From a virus: a stretch of 48,795 nucleotides of DNA. The stretch lies in the IMG/VR virus record IMGVR_UViG_3300021057_000015; one strand, written 5' to 3'. A program made the position numbers and the translations under genes. Under the pieces are notes generated by a model, which saw only the letters and a list, made by a program, of their open reading frames with translations, was not told where the DNA came from and made no database searches. Below are positions 1 through 7,888 of the stretch, piece by piece (the stretch's first letter is position 1; every line of letters begins with the position of its first letter).

Positions 1-225
1 GATGAAGACAGGCCATTTAAGCTGGTCTACTGGGACGAAAACGATGGCTGCTGGCGAGCCGATGACCTGCTGGACTGGAAAACCGGCGAGGTCGAGGAAC
101 TGTTTGGCGGCCCCCGGTTTCTGCTGGCGGATAACGCGCCGTACTGGCGGATTGTCGCCAATATCTGGGAGCCCTGGGAAACCGTCTGGAAACGGTTAAA
201 GGAGGAAGTGTCATGCAGCAGCTGA
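1..225 (+). CDS. 3' end of an upstream gene (hypothetical, Trp/Asp/Glu-rich), frame 1, start outside the window
   Basis: Frame 1 is open from the window edge to TGA at 223-225 with GC3-rich protein-like codon usage. The ORF track misses it because it has no Met. It overlaps the next start codon, which looks operon-like. Confidence 0.4.
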   Translation, partial: DEDRPFKLVYWDENDGCWRADDLLDWKTGEVEELFGGPRFLLADNAPYWRIVANIWEPWETVWKRLKEEVSCSS

Positions 226-1829
226 GCCTGTTGGATCTTCCTGAGCTCGCCAAGCCGGAACCCGCCGCCGAAGCCGAGCCCGAAGCTACCACGATCGTGG
301 TAGCTGAGACTGAACCCGCCGCCGAGCCAATGACCCTGCCGCGCTGCCACTTCTGCAATGGGCCCATGCAGCTCATGTGGCCGGACAGGCCGGAGAAATG
401 GGAAACCTGTCAGCGCTGGTGGTTGGCGTGTGAGGATGTCCCGGTAGGCGCCGGCAGCCACGGCTGTTCCGTCTATCTCGATGAACGGCGATTGGCGTGG
501 CATAGCTACATGAACCGTGTCGCCAAGAACCACGATCAGAAATTGACCGCAGCTGAAACAGATGGCCTGCGCGCCCTGCTGCTGGCAGATTGGCGCGAGC
601 GGCAGGAACGGGTTGAGGCCCGGCGCGTGGCAGCGCAGGCAGAAGCTCAGGAGCCGAAGGCCAAGCGGACGCGCACGCCAAAGGCCAAGGCTCCAGATGA
701 GAAGTCAAAACCAGCTATCCTCTCGATGGATTGCAAGATCTGTCGTGACATGGGCGCAGATGCATCTCAGGTTGAATACAGCCATCAGGGCAGCCTGGGC
801 GATCACGTATACATCTGCAAGGCCCGCAACGGCATGCATATTTGCCGCGTGCAAGGCATCCATGAAACCTGGTCGGGCTGGGCCACGGGCCTCCCGGAGG
901 GCTGGTGGTGGGACCGGGCGCATTACTGCTGGGTTCTGACGGACGGGACGCGGCGCAAACCGGGTCTGACACGTCCCGCCGAACCGGCTATGGTAGCGCC
1001 CGATGTTTGTTCAGAACAAACATCCGAGCCCGCGCCGCCCTGCCTCTACAAAGGGTGCTCCGGCTATTATCAGGCCATTGGCCCTGAGCAGTGGGGATGC
1101 ACTCTCAACGCGGAGCACAAAGCCTGGATTGAGCCTAAAAACGCCGGCTGGTTGGACGGTAAGAAACAGCTGGCGGCTGTTCAGCTGATCCAACTGAACG
1201 GGGCGGCGGTTGAAACGGTTTTTCTGGAAGCTCCCGCTTGGGCAGCTGAGCAGCCCTTTGAAACACCCTTGGATCTTGATCTGGATTGCCCGTCTGGACC
1301 CTGTCTGTTCACCGGCTGCCAGGGAACCTATCAGCCATCAGCTGCCGATCGCTGGTCTTGCGACGCCGACCCCACGCATCGGGCCTGGCTGCATCAGCCG
1401 ACCGTGCTCGCTTACCGCTCAATCTACGGCACGACGAACATTCTGCTTGCTGATTGGCTGGCTAGCCAGGCCCAGCAGCTGCAGCCGGACCCGCCGAAAG
1501 AAAAGCCCGCGCGCAAGCCCAGGGCGAAGAAGGCCAAGCCGGCACAGCCCGATCTGACACTTTCAAACGAAACGCCTGCGGTTAGCGAATTTCAGACTTA
1601 TCCACATACAGATTGTGTAAATGTGGATAAGTCTGAAAAACCGGCTGACCGAGCGGCCTGCCGGTTCTGCGGTGAGCCCATGGAGAAGATCCCGGGCCAT
1701 CGGCTCTGGCACTGCTTGAGCGGGAAAGTTCATCGGTTCTGGGTCAAGGGCAAGCAGGGTGTGTGGATGGGGCCGACAGCGACGGATGAGGGGAATGGCG
1801 TGGTGCCGCTGCCGGCCTGGGCGAAGTAA
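213..1829 (+). CDS. Cys-rich multi-zinc-finger-like repeat protein with Lys/Pro/Ala-rich linkers, function unknown
   Basis: 538-aa ORF with a strong RBS (AAAGGAGGAAG). It has internally duplicated Cys/His/Trp motifs (two CxxGCxGxYQ...W.C...H.AW units and two CxFC...MxxxP units) and two AKxKPA-type basic low-complexity linkers. Confidence 0.6.
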   Translation: MQQLSLLDLPELAKPEPAAEAEPEATTIVVAETEPAAEPMTLPRCHFCNGPMQLMWPDRPEKWETCQRWWLACEDVPVGAGSHGCSVYLDERRLAWHSYMNRVAKNHDQKLTAAETDGLRALLLADWRERQERVEARRVAAQAEAQEPKAKRTRTPKAKAPDEKSKPAILSMDCKICRDMGADASQVEYSHQGSLGDHVYICKARNGMHICRVQGIHETWSGWATGLPEGWWWDRAHYCWVLTDGTRRKPGLTRPAEPAMVAPDVCSEQTSEPAPPCLYKGCSGYYQAIGPEQWGCTLNAEHKAWIEPKNAGWLDGKKQLAAVQLIQLNGAAVETVFLEAPAWAAEQPFETPLDLDLDCPSGPCLFTGCQGTYQPSAADRWSCDADPTHRAWLHQPTVLAYRSIYGTTNILLADWLASQAQQLQPDPPKEKPARKPRAKKAKPAQPDLTLSNETPAVSEFQTYPHTDCVNVDKSEKPADRAACRFCGEPMEKIPGHRLWHCLSGKVHRFWVKGKQGVWMGPTATDEGNGVVPLPAWAK

Positions 1830-1857
1830 AGGGCTAGAAGCCGATCAATGGTTAAAT

Positions 1858-1886
1858 TTGCTAAAAATTAGCAGTTGGGCTAAGAT
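1858..1886 (+). promoter_or_regulatory. Sigma70-like promoter TTGCTA-17-TAAGAT with an overlapping 15-bp palindrome TGCTAAaaaTTAGCA (candidate operator) upstream of the AT-rich cassette
   Basis: Hexamers and spacing read directly from the sequence. The palindrome at 1859-1873 is perfect. It lies 30 nt upstream of the 1917 start. Confidence 0.45.
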
Positions 1887-1916
1887 CGATCTCTCTAGCA
1901 GTCATCGGAGCACGCC

Positions 1917-2891
1917 ATGGACAAGACCGTATCAATTGCCCTATATGAAATCAAACTCAAAGCCCATACCGACGAAAAGAAGCCTACCAAGTGGAACGTT
2001 GTTCCCTTTTCCTATCTAAACCGCCAAGACTCTTATGCAGAGTTTATTCGGGACATTATCGATAGGACATTGAGCGATTACCAGCACATTAAGCACACTC
2101 AAGAGGTCTGCTGCCTTGCTGAGCCTATGGCCCTCAATGGGTTTGAACTGGATGGCCGACTGAGATACGGGAAGCACGGTGATGTTGCGGACATCATCAA
2201 CACGGAGAACGCCTTTCAGGAAGAATTCAAGCTTCAGGCGCATCATGCCCCAGTCATGCCATATTATTTCTATTTTTACCTTCATCCGGATGCCGATTCA
2301 GCCTATATGTGCCTTCAGCGCTATGGGAACAAGGGCGCTTACAATGTGCTAAAGACCCAGCTGGAACGAGAGTTTAAGCTTATTTTAGGGGACGATTATA
2401 ATGTCTCAATCAATAAGTTAGCGCCCTATGACTATATCAAGCAAGTCAATAATGACGCGGCCCGCCCCACTAAAATCATCTTATCTTATCCGGTCTTCAC
2501 AAAAGGTTTTGACAAGATAGATGTCGAAAGTGGTGAGAAGGAGCAAAAAGAGGTTAAGCTGAATGCCAGGCAAGTCATCGACATCTCGCCCCTTGGAACT
2601 GGGGCCAAGCTCGAGCATTTCATGCAAAAGTTCAAAAAGGACAAGCCGGCCTTTTATACCGAGATCGGCCTCAAAGAAGACACTCAAACCCGAATCGAGC
2701 GTGAGTATATTGAGGTTAAATTTGGCGGGAAAAACTTTAAGATGACCTTAAGCGAGGGAAGAGAGCTCGCTTCTTACTTTGACGTCACCGATGAGGTTAA
2801 AATCGATCAGGGGGTTCCCGTTCTTAAGGAGATCCGCGCTGCCGTCCAAACGATCATGAAGGCGGTCCTTAAAGCTGCCAGAAAGGTTTAA
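1917..2891 (+). CDS. Hypothetical cytoplasmic protein (324 aa), first gene of an AT-rich acquired cassette
   Basis: Long ORF with AT-rich codon usage (Lys/Asn/Ile/Tyr-rich) that contrasts sharply with the GC-rich surroundings. A GGAG RBS precedes it. It contains no motif I can assign. Confidence 0.7.
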   Translation: MDKTVSIALYEIKLKAHTDEKKPTKWNVVPFSYLNRQDSYAEFIRDIIDRTLSDYQHIKHTQEVCCLAEPMALNGFELDGRLRYGKHGDVADIINTENAFQEEFKLQAHHAPVMPYYFYFYLHPDADSAYMCLQRYGNKGAYNVLKTQLEREFKLILGDDYNVSINKLAPYDYIKQVNNDAARPTKIILSYPVFTKGFDKIDVESGEKEQKEVKLNARQVIDISPLGTGAKLEHFMQKFKKDKPAFYTEIGLKEDTQTRIEREYIEVKFGGKNFKMTLSEGRELASYFDVTDEVKIDQGVPVLKEIRAAVQTIMKAVLKAARKV

Positions 2892-2932
2892 ATTTTGTTC
2901 GCTGAATGCTAAAATAATACAGGAGGATACGA

Positions 2933-3559
2933 ATGTTTCCATTCTCTGTAGCCGAAAAGTTCATTCAGCAAAACCCCGTGGCGGCTTTTGTCTCGGCTGT
3001 GGTTTCGCTTTGTGCTGCCGGTGCCCTGGCCCTTCAAGGGGTCGTCTTCTTCTCGGATACTGCGATCGGCATGTTGCTTTCAGCGGTCGCGCTCTACGTA
3101 GGTACCTTTACCGCCTTTTTGGGATTGCTCTTTAATCTGGTTACCGCCCCTTTGGGGGGCATCGTCGAACCCTCCTCCTACCAGAACCGGATAGAGTGCA
3201 TTCAGCAAACCATTCGGTGCACCGCGCTTAGCGTGGTGTTCACGCTTCTGGCTGTTCCGTGCGTTATTATGGCCCAGGAGAATGCGGTTGTTCCGCTGAA
3301 AGGGGTTTGGCAGGACGCCCTGTTCTTGCCCTATAACCAGTTTGTTCAGCCGTGGTTCTTTTCGATAGCTGTGTTCTTGCTCGCCTATGCTTTTTGCCTG
3401 ACCATCGTCATCTGCAAGCAGATGCATTCGCTGGCTATGATGGCTGTAGACGACAAGCAGGATGAGATCCACAAATACAAATCCACTATCATGCCGACAG
3501 GCGCCCAATCTTCCCAGTCTGCCCCACCTCCCGCAGCAACCACAAAGACTCAGCCTTAA
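2933..3559 (+). CDS. Integral membrane protein (208 aa, about four TM helices, polar C-tail), second gene of the AT-rich cassette
   Basis: AGGAGG RBS 7 nt upstream. Four hydrophobic segments of about 20-25 aa. It lies 41 nt after the previous gene and shares its composition. Confidence 0.7.
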   Translation: MFPFSVAEKFIQQNPVAAFVSAVVSLCAAGALALQGVVFFSDTAIGMLLSAVALYVGTFTAFLGLLFNLVTAPLGGIVEPSSYQNRIECIQQTIRCTALSVVFTLLAVPCVIMAQENAVVPLKGVWQDALFLPYNQFVQPWFFSIAVFLLAYAFCLTIVICKQMHSLAMMAVDDKQDEIHKYKSTIMPTGAQSSQSAPPPAATTKTQP

Positions 3560-3573
3560 ACAGCCAGAACCAC

Positions 3574-3616
3574 AAGCCCCGATGGCCAGAAAAGACCATC
3601 GGGGCTTGTTCTTTGG
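3574..3616. terminator. Bidirectional rho-independent terminator (12-bp stem AAGCCCCGATGG/CCATCGGGGCTT, then TTCTTTGG) between convergent genes
   Basis: Perfect inverted repeat with T-rich flanks on both strands. It sits between the 3' ends of 2933-3559 (+) and 3627-4460 (-). Confidence 0.55.
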
Positions 3617-3626
3617 ATCAGATGGC

Positions 3627-4460
3627 TCAAACCGGCGGTTTTTCGAGCACGGCCAGATGATCGCCGTTGAGATGCTTGTACATCAGGCCTTCGAGCCGGG
3701 TGTTGCGCAGCAGATTGTTGAGTACATCTGCGACACTCTTGCCGCCGAGGATCGCCAGCGGCGCCATGGATTCCGCCATCCGTTCCGCCAGGGCCTTGTC
3801 GCCGAAGGCCTGCAGCGCGGCGATGAAGTCGGGGTTGATCGCCTCGGCCTTTTTGACCACGGCCTCGACTTCGGACTGGAGCGAGAGCAGGCGCTGCTCG
3901 AGCCGCTGCCTGGAGGCATCGATCTCGACCTGATTGCTGGCGCGCAGGCGGGCGAGCTCGGCGTCGTGGACGCCGGAGATCTTGTTCTGCATCTCGAGCT
4001 TGGCCACCAGCCGGGCCTCTTCGAGCGCGATTTCCGACTGGGCCTTGCCGAGCTTGACCTCGAGCTCCTTGCCGATTTCCTGCAACTGCAGCTCCAGCTC
4101 CTGCTGGCGCGTGACCGAGCGCGTGGCCGAGATCCGGCGGTTGATGTCCTCCTGCTGCTGGACGAAATCGAGCCGGCGCCGCTCGGTGGTCAATTGCAGC
4201 GTCTGTTCGACCACGCTCCGCTGGGCCTTGACGAGCATCTTCTCGACTTCCTCGTCGACGAGTTCCACTCTCAGCACTTCCACGTCATATACCCGCATGC
4301 CGTTTTCGGGAAACGTGCGGCCGCGGCGTTCGCCCTCGGCATGCAGCCCGAGAATCGTGTTGCGCAGAATGTCGATTGAGTTGGAATAGAAGGCTTCCAC
4401 GCCCAGCTGTTTGACGGCGTTGCGCACCAGCGAGCGCATATGCTCGGTCAAAAACTTCAC
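3627..4460 (-). CDS. SPFH/band-7 (flotillin-like) protein, C-terminal portion only; probably 5'-truncated by the adjacent IS element
   Basis: Heptad-rich coiled coil (EA/Q repeats) followed by a C-terminal AVVKKAEAINPDFIAALQAFGDKALAERMA...LAILGG segment typical of flotillin/band-7 tails. The N-terminal membrane/SPFH core is absent. The ORF begins with GTG at the IS boundary and stays open into the IS. Confidence 0.6.
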   Translation of the reverse strand: MKFLTEHMRSLVRNAVKQLGVEAFYSNSIDILRNTILGLHAEGERRGRTFPENGMRVYDVEVLRVELVDEEVEKMLVKAQRSVVEQTLQLTTERRRLDFVQQQEDINRRISATRSVTRQQELELQLQEIGKELEVKLGKAQSEIALEEARLVAKLEMQNKISGVHDAELARLRASNQVEIDASRQRLEQRLLSLQSEVEAVVKKAEAINPDFIAALQAFGDKALAERMAESMAPLAILGGKSVADVLNNLLRNTRLEGLMYKHLNGDHLAVLEKPPV

Positions 4461-4533
4461 ATAGTTGCTGTATTTGCGGCTTCTGCAATAATTATCACAT
4501 TCCCGCCCGATCCCCCCGGTCTATCCTGGCAGC

Positions 4534-5733
4534 ATGAAAGCCTACATCGGAATCGACGTCGCCAAGCGTCACCACTATGCCTGGATCCTCGGGGCCGTGG
4601 CCCCGCACAAAAACCCCTTCGTCTTCAGCCACAGCGAGCAGGGCTTCACCCGGCTGGCGGAATGGATCGGGAGCGCCGCCCCCGGCCAAGAGCTGATCTT
4701 CGGTGTTGAGCCGACCGAGCCGTTTTCGGGAGCCCTGTCGGCCTGGCTGCGCCAGCGCGGCTGGACCTGCCACCTGATCCCTGGCGTCTACTGCCGGCGT
4801 GGGAAATACTTCTACACCAATTCCGGCCTCAAGAACGATACCATTGATGCCCAGGTGCTGGCGATGCTGCTGCGCGATGGCCAGTTCAAGACCCATGTGC
4901 CCCAGGCCGAGGCCTTCGGCGAGCTGCGCGAGCTGAGCAATCAGTATCTTCGGCTGGCCAGCATGCGCCGGGCCTCCCTTCAGCGGATCCACAGCCTGGT
5001 CGATCACATCTGGCCTGAGTTCAGCTTGCACATCAAGCTGAGAACAAAGACGGCCCTGGCGCTGCTGCGCCGGTTTTCGCGGCCGTCAGAGGTCGCGGCC
5101 CTGGGCCAAGCCGGTTTCGAGAAATTCGTCTGGGAAGTATCCGCCGGCAAGCTGAAGCAGGAAACGGCCGTCGCGCTCTACGAATCGGCGATCGCGAGCA
5201 TCGGCCTGCCGCGCCAGAGCAATGCTGTCGAGATGCGAATCGAGCTCGAACTGCTCGACTACTTCGACGATTGCTATGCCGAAATGCAAGAGGCGATCAT
5301 TGGCTGGTGCCAGCACATCCCCTATGCGAAGAATCTCCGAACCATCCCTGGCTTCGGGCCGTTGCTGACAGGCCTGCTGCTCGGCCAGGCCGGTGATCTG
5401 AGAAATTATCCGACGCCGCGGCATCTCTACAAGGTCGCAGGCGTCAACCTCACCGAGCGCAGCAGCGGCCTCTACAAAAGCCCTGTCCGGATCTCGCGCT
5501 CTGGCAGTCCGGCCCTGCGCCGCTGCCTGTTCTCAGCAGCTGCCAGCCAGTGCGGCGGCAGCCGCGGCAAAGGAATATTTCGAGAATGGTACCTCGAGCG
5601 CAGAGAACGGAGTATTCCCCGATCCAAAACGGTGATTGCGGCAGCACGTAAGCTTCTGCGCGTCGCCCACGCCATCGCCCGGGATGGCGGCCATTTTCGA
5701 GATTGTCGTCTGCCGACGCCCGTTTGCACGTAG
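4534..5733 (+). CDS. IS110-family (DEDD-type) transposase
   Basis: The N-terminus MKAYIGIDVAKRHHYAWIL is the hallmark IS110 N-terminal domain. A C-terminal helix-rich domain follows. Length is 399 aa. Confidence 0.9.
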   Translation: MKAYIGIDVAKRHHYAWILGAVAPHKNPFVFSHSEQGFTRLAEWIGSAAPGQELIFGVEPTEPFSGALSAWLRQRGWTCHLIPGVYCRRGKYFYTNSGLKNDTIDAQVLAMLLRDGQFKTHVPQAEAFGELRELSNQYLRLASMRRASLQRIHSLVDHIWPEFSLHIKLRTKTALALLRRFSRPSEVAALGQAGFEKFVWEVSAGKLKQETAVALYESAIASIGLPRQSNAVEMRIELELLDYFDDCYAEMQEAIIGWCQHIPYAKNLRTIPGFGPLLTGLLLGQAGDLRNYPTPRHLYKVAGVNLTERSSGLYKSPVRISRSGSPALRRCLFSAAASQCGGSRGKGIFREWYLERRERSIPRSKTVIAAARKLLRVAHAIARDGGHFRDCRLPTPVCT

Positions 5734-5788
5734 TCGAGGCGTAGACCTCCGCGAGGAATTATCGGCGCGGTGGATGGCGGTAACAGAG

Positions 5789-5832
5789 GCCCCAGGTTGT
5801 GACCCCCTGGGGCTTTCTGTCTTTTCGCTGTT
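5789..5832 (+). terminator. Rho-independent terminator downstream of the transposase (stem GCCCCAGG/CCTGGGGC, then a T-rich tract)
   Basis: 8-bp GC stem followed by TTTCTGTCTTTTCGCTGTT. Confidence 0.5.
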
Positions 5833-5914
5833 GTAAGGCTTTTTGCAATGGTGTATAGGTTGAATATTGGAGGGGTCGGCCCCCAGCGCTCAAAATACCC
5901 TAAGGATAAAACCT

Positions 5915-6154
5915 ATGATCAAACTCGATCGCCGCCCCTTTTTCGATGGTCACCCGGTTCGCTTTGATGAGCAGCCGATGGAGATCATCCAGGTTCCACT
6001 CGAAGATATTCTGCCGCTGATTGAGGCGTTGGAGCTGGGTGAGAAGCTTCCTTGTTGGGAATCTGATGACAACCTGTTTTCTTCGTTCCAGAGCCAAGAA
6101 GGCGGATGGGTCAGTGTGACCTTGCCTAGGTGGATTGAGGCCACGAACGGCTAA
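5915..6154 (+). CDS. Hypothetical small protein (about 80 aa)
   Basis: ATG preceded by an AAGGA RBS. An alternative TTG start lies at 5867. Protein-like composition. Confidence 0.4.
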   Translation: MIKLDRRPFFDGHPVRFDEQPMEIIQVPLEDILPLIEALELGEKLPCWESDDNLFSSFQSQEGGWVSVTLPRWIEATNG

Positions 6155-6209
6155 GACGTTTGAACCTCACCCCTGCATACTGGATTCGCCGGAAAGTGTC
6201 ACCTGAGGC

Positions 6210-6452
6210 TCAAGGTGGATCCAGATGCTCGGGCTTGAGCTCGTCGATCAGAAATTGCTCGAGCGGGGCCAGCGCGTCGGAGAGCTCAAGCATCAGATCG
6301 TCATACTCACGGGTGAAGGTGCCGTCATTGATCTCAGGGATCGCGTCGAGCAAGAGTTTCACAGCCTCGGTCAACGCCCCCACAGCAGCCTCTTTGCTGG
6401 CGCTCAGGCTGCGGCGATTTCGGTGGGCTTGAAAGTCGATCGGATCACTCAT
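6210..6452 (-). CDS. Hypothetical small acidic protein (about 80 aa, MSDPIDFQ...)
   Basis: Internal Met of the longer ORF 6210-6557. The region upstream of Met36 is Arg-rich junk-like. Convergent with 5915-6154. Confidence 0.35.
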   Translation of the reverse strand: MSDPIDFQAHRNRRSLSASKEAAVGALTEAVKLLLDAIPEINDGTFTREYDDLMLELSDALAPLEQFLIDELKPEHLDPP

Positions 6453-6612
6453 GGCCCTAGCATACCGGCTTCGCCTCCAAGTGTCATATCGGCCAAGCCG
6501 GCTCGTGCATTGGCTAAGGGTCATGAAAAAACCGCGGTCCCAGCTTCCCTGGTGCACCGCAGCGGGCCAGAACGGAAGCCGAGGAGTTGATCCCCGGCCG
6601 GCCTACCTCACA

Positions 6613-6783
6613 TCAGAAATACCAGGCCTTATAGCCGTAATCCGATGCTTCCATGATCTTCCCGGTCCGGTAGTGCCGGTAGCGCGTCTTGAACGACTTC
6701 CGGTTTTTCCGAGAACCAGCGTTATTTCCGCCGTTGCTGCTGTTGCCAGGGGTTGGTTTCTGGCGGTTACTTGAGTTGCTCAT
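6613..6783 (-). CDS. Small, very basic Ser/Asn/Lys/Arg-rich protein (56 aa)
   Basis: Internal Met of the ORF 6613-6963. AT-rich promoter-like DNA lies upstream. Speculative. Confidence 0.3.
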   Translation of the reverse strand: MSNSSNRQKPTPGNSSNGGNNAGSRKNRKSFKTRYRHYRTGKIMEASDYGYKAWYF

Positions 6784-6963
6784 AACTTTTCTGTAAACCT
6801 TTAACAAATTTAATTTTACTTGCTTGGAATTACAGGAAAGTCTACAATGGTAGTGACTCGCTACTTTTGTAGCTTCCCTGCAACCACCTCCAAGCGGGGT
6901 GCGACACCGGGAATGCAGCCCCGGAGCGCCAACTTCGGGGTTGTCTGCTTTTTCAACAGGCAT

Positions 6964-7065
6964 TCATCGATATCTCCTTTTCCGTTTTCGTGACAGCGCC
7001 TTCACGTCGTGAAGCCATCTGCTATTGCCCTTTTCAGGACCCAAAAAATCACTTAGGCCAGCCAT
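6964..7065 (-). CDS. 33-aa basic peptide ORF (MAGLSDFLGPEKGNSRWLHDVKALSRKRKRRYR) whose start codon lies inside a 12-bp stem
   Basis: The minus strand carries tandem AGGAGA SD-like motifs 5 nt before the ATG. The start codon is part of the inverted repeat at 7055-7108. It is not in the ORF track because it is under 60 aa. Confidence 0.2.
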   Translation of the reverse strand: MAGLSDFLGPEKGNSRWLHDVKALSRKRKRRYR

Positions 7066-7108
7066 GGTCGTCTCCTAGTCTCCTAGAACAACTTCTCATG
7101 GCTGGCCT
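7055..7108. promoter_or_regulatory. Large stem-loop: perfect 12-bp inverted repeat AGGCCAGCCATG / CATGGCTGGCCT around a 30-nt loop that contains a tandem 8-bp repeat TCTCCTAG x2
   Basis: Read directly from the sequence. It lies in a roughly 300-nt ORF-poor structured segment (6960-7260) that also holds the 15-bp palindrome CTTCACGtCGTGAAG at 7000-7014. Confidence 0.4.
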
Positions 7109-7257
7109 GCATTCCAGTCAAGGATGCAGGCCAAGAACATGTCATCCACGTCCTATGCCAACGGATCCGAGACTGGCCTGGTTATCCAGTTCCTGAATCC
7201 AGGGCATGGATCCGCTTTAATTCGGCTCCTATAGTTTCACCCTGGACAGGCACTGAC

Positions 7258-7563
7258 TTATGCCAGTGGGCCTTGCGGCCTCTCTAATTTAATACTATCC
7301 AAAAGCTGCCGATAGATCAAGTGATCTACCTTAAAAATTATACAGCTTATCGAAGCCTGGGATACATACTCGATCCAAAACGTCGTAATATGATCACAAA
7401 TGACTAGATTTAATGATAATAATGTTTGGATCATTTGTGCCTGAATCCCTTGTATCATAAGGGTTTCGATGGAACTCAATTTCGAGAAGCGTTTGGGAAA
7501 ATCCTTGAATACAGGCCGTTTAATCGCCGGGCCGATGTCGGCTCCGTGGTAGCATTCCCTCAT
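7258..7563 (-). CDS. Hypothetical protein, partly in an AT-rich segment (weak call)
   Basis: Internal Met of ORF 7258-7665. Composition is mixed. Confidence 0.2.
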   Translation of the reverse strand: MRECYHGADIGPAIKRPVFKDFPKRFSKLSSIETLMIQGIQAQMIQTLLSLNLVICDHITTFWIEYVSQASISCIIFKVDHLIYRQLLDSIKLERPQGPLA

Positions 7564-7813
7564 GTGCACGCCGCGCTTCTTCGCCAGCGGCCGCCCCGTG
7601 GAGAGCGAGCCGGTTGAACCGACCTCGGGCTGGGCCCGGCTCGAGCGCCGTGAGCATGTCCGCAATGGCTTGATTGCGGGGTATTCGGTCTGGACCCTGC
7701 GCCCAGATGGCCAGCCCGTGCTGCAGGGGCGCTACTCAGCAGCGATCTGGGACGATCAGGCCGAGGCTCAGTCGAGCCTTCACTATCACCAGCTGCTGGG
7801 CCTGCTGCGCTGA
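7562..7813 (+). CDS. Hypothetical small protein (83 aa)
   Basis: GC-rich ORF that ends just before the bidirectional terminator. Confidence 0.35.
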   Translation: MCTPRFFASGRPVESEPVEPTSGWARLERREHVRNGLIAGYSVWTLRPDGQPVLQGRYSAAIWDDQAEAQSSLHYHQLLGLLR

Positions 7814-7814
7814 T

Positions 7815-7862
7815 CCAAAAACGACGAAAAAATCCCGGCCAGGGAAACAGCCCGGCCGGGCG
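7815..7862. terminator. Bidirectional rho-independent terminator (stem CCCGGCC/GGCCGGG); on the minus strand it is followed by ATTTTTTCGTCGTTTTT and ends the phage late operon
   Basis: Hairpin flanked by an A-tract on the plus strand and a T-tract on the minus strand, immediately downstream of the last late gene (7889-8074). Confidence 0.55.
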
Positions 7863-7888
7863 CTGAGTGTGAACGTGAAGAGAAAGGG

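Larger units (their letters stand above)
4470..5832 (+). mobile_element. IS110-family insertion sequence (approximate boundaries)
   Basis: It contains a single IS110-type transposase gene. It interrupts a flotillin-like gene on one side and is followed by a hairpin terminator. No inverted repeats are expected for this family. The ends are not precisely defined. Confidence 0.65.

Noticed and set aside
3462-4389. 305-aa plus-strand ORF and other overlapping ORFs opposite the flotillin-like gene; similar cases at 10583-11599, 14260-16020, 27210-28274, 29100-30050 and 33035-34087
   Set aside because: They are antisense to better-supported genes, with GC-skewed junk composition (Arg/Ala/Gly/Pro-rich).
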